Source: Rhina ancylostomus (taxonomy: Eukaryota). From it: DNA of 64,000 nucleotides. Shown here piece after piece: positions 1 to 10,776 of this stretch; positions within the stretch are counted from its first letter, which is position 1; each line of letters begins with the position of its first letter. The notes beneath the pieces were generated by a model. It saw only the letters and a list, made by a program, of their open reading frames with translations, did not search any database and was not told the origin of the DNA. The translations under genes and the position numbers were made by a program. Where the stretch lies: NCBI GenBank assembly GCA_030265395.1, contig JARFYF010000058.1, positions 21,000,021 to 21,064,020 on the forward strand, written 5' to 3'.

Positions 1-130
1 GTTTGGAGCTGTGGGCATGCTATGCTGGCCCCGTAAGAGTGGTGACACTTGAGGGCTGGCTCCAGCACATTCTCAGTAACGCAAAAAGACACATTTCACT
101 GTGTGTTTCGATGTACGTGACTAAATATCT
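1..130 (+). mobile_element. 3' part of a V-SINE-type element
   Basis: Similar to the 3' half of the element at 350-638 (gtgggcatgctat...catttcactgtgtgttt.gatgtacgtg). Confidence 0.75.
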
Positions 131-136
131 ATATAC

Positions 137-1030
137 AACTGTAAGCTCAAGATGGCCACTGTGGACAGAGTGCAGGTGCTCTGCAAAAGAGTAGCCTAGT
201 GTGCCATTGGTCTCGTCGATGTAGAGGATGCAACATTAAGAGCATTGAGTGTAGTAGACCAGGTTTGAGGAGATGCATGTGACTCCCTGCCTCAAACGGA
301 AAGGCTGTTTAGGTCCCTAGATGTCGGTGTCAGAGATATGTATGGATAGGATATCTTTATCAGTCACACGTACATCCAAACACACAGTGAAATGCATCTT
401 TTGCATCGAGCGTTCTGGGGGCAGCCTCCAAGTGTCGCCACACTTCTGGTGCCAAAATAGCATGCCCACAACTTCCTAACCCATACGTCTTTGGAACGTG
501 GGAGGAAACTGGAGCAACCGGAGGAAACCCATGCAGACACAGGGAGAACATACAAACTCCTTACAGGCAGCGACCGGAATTGAACTCTGGTCGCTGGTGC
601 TGTAATAGCATTACGCTAACCGCTACACTACTGTGCCTGCCCTTACCATGACAAGTATTGAGGGGCTAAGTGCCAGGGATGGGAGGGGTGGGTGGGAAGG
701 GATGATGGGAAAAGGGAGTTACCGAGACTGTGGTCCCTGTGGAATGCAGAGAAGCGAGGAAGATGTGAGTGGTGGTAGGGTTCCATTGGAGCTGGTGGAA
801 AGGGCAAAGGATGCACACGGAGGCTAGTGGGGTGAAAACCGAGGTCCAAAGGAACTCCATCTCTATCTGACTGGGGAGAGGGGGTGAGAGAGCAGATGTG
901 TGGGAGAAACTGAAAGAAGGGGATGACATCCTTACAAGAGACAGGGCGGGAGGAGGTGTAGTTGAGGGATCTGTCAGAGTTGGTGGTTTTATAGCAGATA
1001 TCAGTGGGTAACTTTCCTGTACCTCTGCTC
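137..1030 (-). mobile_element. Decayed Penelope-like retroelement fragment (RT C-terminus to GIY-YIG region), interrupted by the V-SINE
   Basis: Remnant peptides DRDGVPLDLGFHPTSLRV, GPKQ, TCISSNLVYY, LYIDET, FAEHLHSV typical of Penelope linker/GIY-YIG regions. Confidence 0.75.
350..638 (-). mobile_element. Near full-length tRNA-derived V-SINE
   Basis: A box TAGTGTAGCGG, B box GAGTTCAATTCC, V-domain GGGTTTCCTCCGGTTGCTCCAGTTTCCTCCCAC. Confidence 0.88.
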
Positions 1031-1039
1031 TCACACCCC

Positions 1040-1850
1040 CCCCACTCCCCCCTCATTCCAGACAGAACAGACATAAAGCTTTCTTGGTTCTCACCTTTCA
1101 CCTCACTAGCCTCCACATCCAGCAATCATCAATGCCTTTTCCAATGGGATCCCACCACCAGTCACATCTTCCCCTCTTCCCCCTCCATTTTCCACAAGGA
1201 CTCTCTCCATGACTCCCTGGTTCCCTCATCCCTTCCCCAACCCCTGACACTTTCCCTGCAACCACAGGAAGTGCAACACTTGTGTCTTCATTTCCTCCCT
1301 CACCACCTCTACACGGCGAGACCCAGTGTAGCCTCGGTGATTATTTTGGAGAGCACCTGCACTCTGTCCACAAATGGCCATCTTCAGCTTCCAGCTGTAT
1401 GTCATTTCAACTTTCATTCCCACACTGACCTGTCTGTCCTTGGCCTTCGCCACTGCCACAGTGAGGTTAAAAGTTAACTAGAAGAACAACACCTCGTGTT
1501 CCACCCTGGTAGCTTACAACCCAATGGTACAAACACTTAATCTTCCTACTTCAGGAACCCACACCCCGTGTTCCTTTCCCACTCTCATTAATCCTCCCAA
1601 GTTCTCTCTCCCTTTGTTCGTCTTCTCTATCCCTCACCTCACCAGCTCCATCTGTCCATCATTACCCCCCACCCCTCCAATTCATCTGGTTCCACCAATC
1701 ACCCACCATCTCCTGTCCCACCTCCCCCTGCAGTTCTACATACTGGCCATCTTTTCATTTCCCCTCCAGTCTTGATTCAGGATCTTGACCTGAAACATCA
1801 AAACACCTCTTTTACCTCCACAGATGCTGCTTGATCTGCTGAGTTGCATT
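1040..1850 (+). mobile_element. Decayed Penelope-like fragment with terminal repeat sequence
   Basis: Inverted homolog of 137-1030 (QWDPTTSHIFPS, LYTGET-like, EHLHSV); ends in cttgacctgaaac...cagatgctgcttgatctgctgagt. Confidence 0.75.
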
Positions 1851-2038
1851 AGGAATCAGATGAGTTCACGGAAAAGGACAGGAGCTTAATTATTTAACCA
1901 ACACAGCGGAATTCACCTTGCCACTATCCTGGTCAACGNNNNNNNNNNNNNNNNNNNNNNNNNNNNNNNNNNNNNNNNNNNNNNNNNNNNNNNNNNNNNN
2001 NNNNNNNNNNNNNNNNNNNNNNNNNNNNNNNNNNNNNN

Positions 2039-2310
2039 GTTTTGGTGGATGGGAGGGTTTGTGGGTGAGAGATATGGTGGATGGGAGGGATTGAGGGAGA
2101 GATTGATGGAGGGAGAGTGAAGGAGGAAGGGAGAGAGGGAGGTGGAGTGAGGGATGGAGGGGGAAATAGAGTGTGGGAGAAAGATGGGGTGAGAGAGGGA
2201 GAGAGAGGGGGAGAGAAAGGGGGGAGGGAGAGGGGAAGCGACAGGAGTGGATGGAGGAGGGGAAAAGGAGGAGAAAGAAGAAGCAGAGATTTGAGGGAAG
2301 GAGGGAGATG
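2039..2310. repeat. GA-rich polypurine low-complexity tract
   Basis: Almost only G and A on the plus strand. Confidence 0.85.
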
Positions 2311-2514
2311 TTTGAGCAAGTTTGTTGAAAGGTGCACTCTGTCCTGGCATTTTCGAGCTTGCTGTAAGTTGTGACTTACAGAGCTCTCAGAGCAAGCAAG
2401 GGTGTAAAAACATTGAGCTGAGAAGCTCCTGTGGGTAAATTTGTGGTGTTTTGTGTGAAAATGTTCAAAATCTTTAAACAGCGTCTGTGATTGTGACCAA
2501 CTCATGGAATGTGG

Positions 2515-2750
2515 TTTCGTGGAGTTATACAGCGCAGAATCAGGACCCTTGGCCCAACCCGTCCATGCCGACCAAGTTGCCTTTCTGCGCTCGTCCCATT
2601 TGCCTGCATTTGGCCCTTATCCCTCTGAACTTTTCCTATCCATGTAACCATGCAAATTCTTTTAAACTCTGTAATTGTGCCCACCACTACCATTTCCTCT
2701 GGCAGTTGGTTCCATATTTGCACCACTCTCTGTATGAAATACATGGCCTT
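2515..2750 (-). mobile_element. CR1-type LINE 3' end
   Basis: Minus ORF YFIQRVVQIWNQLPEEMVVVGTITEFKR followed by a CR1-type 3' tail. Confidence 0.8.
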
Positions 2751-3059
2751 TAGATCTTTCCTCCTCCTCTAGTTTTAGGTTCCCCTGCCCTGACTTGAAA
2801 TGTTGACCACCTGCTTTTCTCCACGGATGCTGCCTGGCCTGCTGAGTTCCTCCAGCATCATCGTGTTTTTCAAAGTGAATAATAAACTGTAGTGGAGTGT
2901 GTATCACGTCGAATCTGAGTCTGGCATCTGCACTGTAGTAAAGGTGAATGGACCAACAGTTAATGTCCTGGAAGCCTGCTCACCCACTTGCTTGTTGACT
3001 TATTTCTTCTTCACCCTTCTGGTTGGAGCTGGTTCCAGATGTGCTCATGGTAGAGATAA

Positions 3060-3850
3060 TTCCAGCATTCATTCAGCAGGTCAGGCATCCTGAAACAGTT
3101 AATGCTTCATGTCCGGGGCACTTCATCAGAACTGGGAAAGAGAGAAAACAAGCTGGTTTTAGGCTGCCGAGCAGGTGGAAGAGGGATGGGTAGAACAAAG
3201 GGGGTATCTCTGATATGGTCAAACCGGATCATTAATGTGACAGTTAAGTAGCAGTTAAGATCAGTTTAAGTTTCATTATCTGTGCAGTGTGTGGCTAATT
3301 GTAAGGGTGTGGGATATGCCCAGCAGGCCAGACTGGAAAAGAAACAGAAAAGGCTGGCCAAAATGATGTTGTGCAGAAATAGGCATTTCTGATACAGACA
3401 AAGAGGGAGTTACCTAAAACTGCCTTCACCACTCCCTGGTCTGCTCTTCCACCCCTGCCCTACCACTCACCACTTAATGACACTTGCCCATTCAAGTCCT
3501 TTCACCTCTTCCTTACCCACCATCCATGGACCCAAACTGTCTTTCCCTGTGAAACAGTGATTCACTTGCACTTTTTCTGATCTATTGTACTGCAGGTGGT
3601 CACAATGTGACCTCCTCTACAGTGGAGAAGCCAGATGCAGATTTGCAGAGCCCAAGCGCTCAGTCCAGAGGAGTGACCCTGAGCTTCCTGTTGACTGCTG
3701 CTTTAATTCATCACTCCCATTCTGACAATTCTGTCTGTGGTCTCCTGCACTGCTCCGGTGGTGCCCAGTACAAGTCTGTGGAATATCTTCTGTCTGAACA
3801 TGTTGCAGTCTTCAGAATTCCATATAGAATTCTTCAACCTTAGGAACTCT
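3060..3850. mobile_element. Penelope-like fragments (terminal part on minus about 3060-3240; GIY-YIG remnant on plus about 3420-3850)
   Basis: ggacccaaactgtctttc, ttcacttgcact and cctcctctacagtggaga match the 137-350 remnant; hammerhead-like terminus at 3097-3133. Confidence 0.6.
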
Positions 3851-5011
3851 CTTTCTCTCTCTCTCTGTATCCAGACTAGTCACTTCTGCTTATCATTACT
3901 TTTTCAGACAAGGGTTTCTTATCAAGTCTCAATAACCTCAAGCAAATGGAAATGTTTCATAAACACAGCAGATCAGTGGCTGCATCTTAGATTATGACTT
4001 GGTTGGATACAGGGATAGACAATTCACCTGGTCCAGCCAAAACTATCACTCTAATCTTTCTCCAAATTTGACAGATTGGACAAAAAACTTGAAAGAAAAC
4101 TCTGTGGGCAGATTTAGTCAATGGTAAAGATCCAAATTAGCCAAAGGAGATGAAGAAGTGAAACCACATGCTGAGACTTTCAGTGTGAGGAAGAAGGGTC
4201 ACATTTGTAGATAATCTAAGGGGACAGAGTTTTCACAAATCTTTTCTTATGGATAATCTGAGGCAGGCACATGAAGGATAACTAAATGAAGAACGTGAAG
4301 TAATCTTGACTTGAGATAACAAAATCATTTAAAAAAAACTATCAAAACATGCACATAATTCTATCAAAGCTTGTACTAGATTTGTTGACCAAAACCATCA
4401 GTGATTGCTCAATTATGGTGTCACAAAATGTCTCCTGAGCAAAACACATAAGAACATTAAAAATATGGGCAAATGTAGACCTAACAACCCTGAGCCTCCT
4501 TCACCTTTCAATGTCATGTCCAAAAGCAATCATAGCTCAATAAATCTCAAAAATATGTTCTTCCCTCTCCTGAAACATGAAGTCATGGAAACTCTTTGTT
4601 CTGTGATTGTTATTACGCAAGCAGTAGCTCTTCATGTGGAAGCTTCACTGATGAATGTCAAACTCCATTTGGGTTTTGAGGGTCATTTCAGCTTCATTCA
4701 CGACCTGAATCCATCCATATCCCAACAGAGCCATTGCTTAATTATTCTGCTCTTTGCTGATGGGGCACAATGGCTAATCACGTTGCCCTTCCTGCCACAC
4801 TGACTGAGATCGACAAACTTAGTATCGATAAAGTCTGAAGCTGGGACTTTCCTGGTCTGCAAGGTTCAGTTCCACATTTGCAGCAACCTTATTCACTAAA
4901 CCAATTTATGCTTCCAAGTAGTTACCCAAGGAACAGGATGACAAAATCCACATTATTAATTGCACCCATAATCAAGGCAAGCATCCATTCAGTCACACTA
5001 AACACACCTAC

Positions 5012-5144
5012 CAAAATCCTTCATGCTGTCCGGGTCCGTCTCGTCCAAAAAGAAATAACCACACTTCACAGCTCGGTGCACCTCAAAACAGAGTCCCAGA
5101 CACGCATCGTCTACGAGATCAGAATAGATCTCATGAGCTATGGC
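5012..5144 (-). CDS. ATXN7L3: ATXN7L3 second coding exon ([11 protein letters not shown]...DSMKDF)
   Basis: 133 nt, gtttcag| acceptor and G|gtaggt donor, phase 0 to 1. Confidence 0.97.
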
Positions 5145-8100
5145 CTGAAACATAAAGCTCACAGGTAAACGGAAAGAGATCCACAATAAAAAACAGTCAT
5201 GAAGGAGGTTAACTGATTTGTCCTCAGACAAGCCAAAGGAAACCTAACAATCTCACTTCAAATATGCTTTCTTACTAAGGAATGCAGTTTCAAATATTAT
5301 CATTAGGGATTGCAAAATGATTAGCAACTTTCACTAAGATACTTAAATCAAGAAATTCTTGGGATCATTTTTTGAACTCTCTACCATGGTAAATAGCCTC
5401 AATGTGAAGCAGTGGAATACTGGTTTTCTGTCATTAGAGCACACCACACCAGAATCCTCTTGTGGGGCTCCTGGACATGTAACCTTTTGCATGCTTTGAA
5501 CTGACCTCTTAATCCCACATTAAATGGGTCCATGTGTCGCACTACCGGTTTTTAATTGGACCCAGCACCAAGTTGCATCATATTCCAATGGCTTTTCTGC
5601 AGAAAAGAGCAGCAAACCACAATATGTATATATAAAGGAATCATTATGAGCATGCAGTGAACTGAAAGGTGATGGCATAGAGGTGACACAGATCTACAAT
5701 TTTTCTACTGATATCACAAAACATCAGGATAACTATGGATGGCATTCAAGCCACTTGCAAAACTAAAAGGCTGAAAACATGCTGCCAGCAATGCTTCTAT
5801 AATTCTGATGGATCACAATTATCCTGTCCATGCCCATTCAAAGCCATGCACAATAACATCACTGTGATTCAGCTCATGCTTTTAAATCCCTGTCTGACAT
5901 CACCCATTCCTTGCCCAGCTAGTTACCCATTCTGACAATAAAACCCAGGCACATGGAGAAACACAAACAGCAGAGTAACTTCTGTGGAATTAGCTGTGGT
6001 TTGTTTCTCATTACCTAGCAGCATAATTTTGAGATTCCCATGGAGCACAACATATAGAAATAATGCACAATGAAGACAGGTAATGCCTGTACAGGTGCTT
6101 AGGAGCCTCAAGCTCACAGGGCTATCCCCATACTACCTACAAGCTGGTAGCCACAACTAAAAATACTGACTATTAGCCTATGAAACAGGAACTGGTGAAA
6201 GTCACATGGCCCCTTAATCCTGCTCCACCATTTAATATGAATGAACTGTTTCATCAACCACACTCTCCTTACATAACCCCATACCACTCAATTACCCTAG
6301 TGCTCAAGGATCCATTGGTCTTGAACATATTCAATGAATGATCATCCAGTAGGCTACTGGTTACAGAAATACAAAGATTCACAACCCACTGGATGAAAAA
6401 ATTTCTTCTCATCTCATACTAAACACTCATCCCCTCATCCTTAAGACTATGACGTTCAGTCACGATGGAGGTGAAGCCTCGTTAAGAAGCCCAGCCTTCT
6501 GGCAGTCACTCAGTGAAAAGCCACGTACAGTTTCACATGAATTACCGCTTCAAAAACAAAATTGCAAAAGATGAAGCAAAGAAATACACAGAAATCCAGC
6601 ATTGAAGACAGAACCTTTATTCAATCAGTGAACCATAAGTGCAGCCTCAACATAAAGAAATGTGTGATAAACATCAAAAGCATTCAACGCTGGGATACGC
6701 AAGCATGGTAGAGCAATGAAACGCACTGATAGAGAACAGAAGAGAGTTTTGGGGTTACTGGCCTGCTCTGCGGAACTTTCAGGGGTAGCATCAAACTCCA
6801 TGGCCTGGTCACTGTGCTCTCTGTTCATCTGCCTCTGGTCACGTTTCAGCTGCCGCCAGTATCTCTGCTTCTTCTCCGAAGAAACCCGCTTCAGCTTGGG
6901 CATGGCTGCAGAGTTCGCACTGAACGATTTTCTTATGAAACGACTTTGCTCGTCATCTGTTCTATCAGGTTAAGAGAACAGAAATTTAGGCCAATCTACA
7001 TCATGCCGAGAAGCTGAGCAAAATTATTCTAAGTTTAGTCAGTGCGAGTGGTCCACCTAGGCAGATTCAGTTCCCAAAGACTGTTATACACCCAGTGATT
7101 GGCACACACTAAAGAAACACTGACTAAAAGTAAAAGATCGAATCAGTCAGTGTACTCACCAATTAATCCAGATCCACTTTATTCACTTTCCATATCTGAG
7201 GAGCAGCTGGTATTCTGGACGAATATCTTCGCTTGTGACCAAAAAGAAATCTTCAAGATTTGCTCAGAGTTTTCTTTCCTCTGACCACAGAAAGCTCTAA
7301 AATGTAAAAAGAAGGTGCTATCCCATTGACTTCCTGCCATGGGATTGTCACAGTGGCAAGCTCACTTTGAAATTATCCATCAGCATTGAAGATTATATTC
7401 AATTCATGGAGATCAAGAATCTGTACACTCGGTTACAGAGAACAGCAGAGATCCGCAGGAGAACTTCACAGCAGATTACCAGATGCTTGAGACCGAACGA
7501 AGATGGCTTGCCAGGTGAGAGTTTAGCGTAACCCTCAATTAATTGCAGAAAATAAAATCAATGCACTGCAAATTTCTTGGTCTAACCTAACGCTCCTCTT
7601 TTTGAATTTTCATATACAGAATATTATAAATAAAAGGTCAGGATGCATATTTTGTAATGGTGCTCTTTGCGTGTGGTAGACCACATCCAGACAGTATCTT
7701 TGCCCATTTCTCAGAACATCAAAGCTTAAAAGATTAGGCAAAGTCTGCTCCTTAAACAAGATAAGTAGACTCTGTGGTTACTTCTACTCCATTTCCTAGG
7801 TGTCTTAGGATCACTCCAAGCCTTTTTATTTGATAACATGGGTCAGAGGTGAAATGCAACAGGCTAAAAATGCATCAAATGAAAGGCCTCCTACATGAAG
7901 AAGTGAGGTCAAGTCTGAGGAATAAGAAGAAACGCAGAGGAATGTCCAAGAGTAAGATTATCACAAGAATGATTGTGCACAAAAATGTCCATTGTCAAAC
8001 ATTAGAAATGAAAACATATCCTGAGATCAAAATTAATCCTGTAGATGGTTATTTAAGTGTTGTAAATGACTTTCACCATTTGCACCATACCTATAGGTGC

Positions 8101-8898
8101 CTGTGGAACCTGTAAAAATGGTGCCCTGGTGAGGGTCAGCTTCCCAGTAAGTTCAGCCACATTTCGCTATCCAATTCCCCTTACTGCGTCAGGCATGAAA
8201 GCAGCATCCTACTTTAATCCTTCAGAAAGACCAGATGAAGGAAATTTATTTTCGAGTGCATAACATGCACAGAGAAGCGCGGTCAACTGTAAACACTAAG
8301 AGTAACAGACAGATTCACACTGAGAGAAAGCAGAGACACGGGAAGAGATCAAAGAAAAGACAGCTGAGGGTGCATTCAAAAGGCTGTAATAAAATAAAGG
8401 GATATTGAAAAGGTCGTTAACAATACAGAGGAATTGGGAGCAGCTTACAGTTGAAAGAGGGACCCGAAATACATCAAAACCCAACAGGTATAAAACACAG
8501 ATAGCAACAAATAAACTGCCAGATTAATTTCTTTGCATCTGATGAAAACCCATGGTTATGACTTAAAGTGGCCTGAAGTAAGCCATTCATTTAGTATTCT
8601 TGAAATAATTCTTCTATATGTGTATTATGCACACAGATTACACGTACTCTCTCAATGACCATTCATGCATTCCTTCTAAACAAACACACATGGAACAGAT
8701 ACACACTTACCAGATGCTTATTCTCATAATGCACACAGACATCATCACTCATTAGATATATACATCCATGCACCATTAAAACCAAGCAAGCATACAATCC
8801 ACACCATATTTGTTATTGAAACAAGACAAATTCCCAAGTCTCCTTACCTCGGATTTGCTGTTCTCCAGGCCAGGTAACGACATTGCTTCCATTTTCAT
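5012..8898 (-). CDS. ATXN7L3: ATXN7L3 (ataxin-7-like 3, SAGA DUB module), 5' partial CDS; the remainder is not visible in this window
   Basis: Spliced translation [17 protein letters not shown]|[44 protein letters not shown] matches the ATXN7L3 N-terminus; the gene is adjacent to UBTF as in human. Confidence 0.96.
6625..6903 (-). CDS. Candidate nested small ORF in ATXN7L3 intron 2 ([25 protein letters not shown]...)
   Basis: GCAGCCATG Kozak context, upstream polypyrimidine tract with AG acceptors, protein-like charged N-terminal half, AATAAA at 6621-6616. Confidence 0.4.
   Translation of the reverse strand: MPKLKRVSSEKKQRYWRQLKRDQRQMNREHSDQAMEFDATPESSAEQASNPKTLFCSLSVRFIALPCLRIPALNAFDVYHTFLYVEAALMVH
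8848..8898 (-). CDS. ATXN7L3: ATXN7L3 first coding exon, coding part (exon about 8848-8959)
   Basis: ATG at 8898, 17 codons, donor GAG|gtaagg; acceptor ctttctctcag| gives exon start 8959. Confidence 0.93.
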
Positions 8899-10776
8899 TG
8901 GCGATCAGTATTGTGTACTATTTTCTTCCTACATAGTAACGAGGTGGTCACTGAGAATACTGAGAGAAAGTAATATGTTAGTTTAAAATGAGCACAGGAA
9001 ATTGAAACCTACATTTAACCAGGAGCAGCAGGTAAAACTAATTTGGGGGGTGGGGCAGGCGAGTTGGTGGAGAATCTATGCACTAACAAGCTTCACAATA
9101 GGACGTAGTACATACCGTAAGCTCGTATATTAATCTTACTATTAGTTATCATTAATTCTACCAGCTGACTTTATGCTCAATATTTCCAACGATTGAACTC
9201 TAGCTGTATGTAAAATGTAACTGTACTAAAATAAATAAATCATAATTTAGTCAATTTGAGGTGTACACAAATTTGAATTTAGTAGCCTTTCCATAAAAAC
9301 AGGCTTTATATGCTGTAACGATACACAAGAATATTCTATCGTTATCCATACATCATAATATATCTGAATCACAGAATGAACATAATACCTAGCCTTGTAA
9401 TCTTATTTTATGATTGCCAATGCTCTGTTGCAAACTTTTACTAATGAGAGCTGCAGGATTAGAACCAGCTCTAGACCTGGAGTTTCTTCACGTCAATCAA
9501 TTATTAGATCCCACGGATCTGGACATGGGAGAAAACAAGTTCTGAGGAAGGGTTGCTGACCCGAAAGATTGCCCGTTTTGCTTTCCACAGGTGCTGCTTG
9601 ACTGGCTGAGTTCTTCCAACATTTCGTTTTTCTGGACGTGGAAGATACAGAAATTTATCAGAAATCTGGTAAGCTGTCTGATTTTAGATGATTGAGCACC
9701 ACCCTCCAAAGGCATGGCTTTTGCCAACTTGCACTACAGCACCCTGGATTCCAAGAGTGAATGGGCAAATCCAGTTAAGTCTGGAGATACGCAGAGATGG
9801 TAACCAGGTGGAACACTATCATCAGGACTGATCAGAATTCTGTGTAACACATCAGACCATTTCAGTTCACATTTTAAAGATATAAAGAGTACTTTTTTTT
9901 CCTTTTCCCCATCCACAACTGTATCATTCACAAACATTTCTTCTGAAAAGATCTGGTATGCCATGGTTGTGTTCTGAGCCAGGAATGTTATTTCACCGAG
10001 CAGATGATTTTCTCTACCTCCCTGGATTGATGTTCCCCCTCTTTGCCTACATCTGCAGATTCATATCTCAGGCTGACTTCCAAACAGTATCTGCCAGACA
10101 GCACCACCCCCCCCCCCACCCCCCCACCACCCAACCCAACCCTCCTTACTCAGATCACTTCCCCTCAGCCTGGATTTGGGAGATCCTGCATTCTTTCATT
10201 TCGATGTTGCAGATTCAGACTCGATATCCTTCCCCTCCTTTCTCGGACGGTACCTGCAACCTCACCTTCTCAGTCTACCCTGGACATCCATCCCCATGCT
10301 GGACCGTACCTGGGACCTCTCCCTCAGATTGCATCCCTCACCCTCAGATTGCATCCCGCAAGATCGTCCCCTCTCCTCCCTTGGGTTTCCCCCTCTTCCC
10401 CATGCACCAAGGGTCTCTCAGTGGAGCAGATTCCCCCTCCCACCCACCGACCCCCCACCCCAACCTGTCCCCTGCGGACCCCTCTCTCNNNNNNNNNNNN
10501 NNNNNNNNNNNNNNNNNNNNNNNNNNNNNNNNNNNNNNNNNNNNNNNNNNNNNNNNNNNNNNNNNNNNNNNNNNNNNNNNNNNNNNNNNNNNNNNNNNNN
10601 NNNNNNNNNNNNNNNNNNNNNNNNNNNNNNNNNNNNNNNNNNNNNNNNNNNNNNNNNNNNNNNNNNNNNNNNNNNNNNNNNNNNNNNNNNNNNNNNNNNN
10701 NNNNNNNNNNNNNNNNNNNNNNNNNNNNNNNNNNNNNNNNNNNNNNNNNNNNNNNNNNNNNNNNNNNNNNNNNNNN

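Noticed and set aside
1913-2505. Pro/Ser-rich and Gly/Arg-rich ORFs
   Set aside because: Translation of a GA-rich low-complexity tract plus Ns.
4760-4905. Possible ancient tRNA-derived SINE on the minus strand; similar hints near 33600-33830, 46330-46450 and 47800-48050
   Set aside because: Too degenerate to assign by eye; needs a Dfam or RepeatMasker search.
8711-8847. Extension of the first ATXN7L3 coding exon to the strong donor at 8710 as a coding isoform
   Set aside because: An in-frame TAA occurs within the extension, so it cannot give a longer protein.
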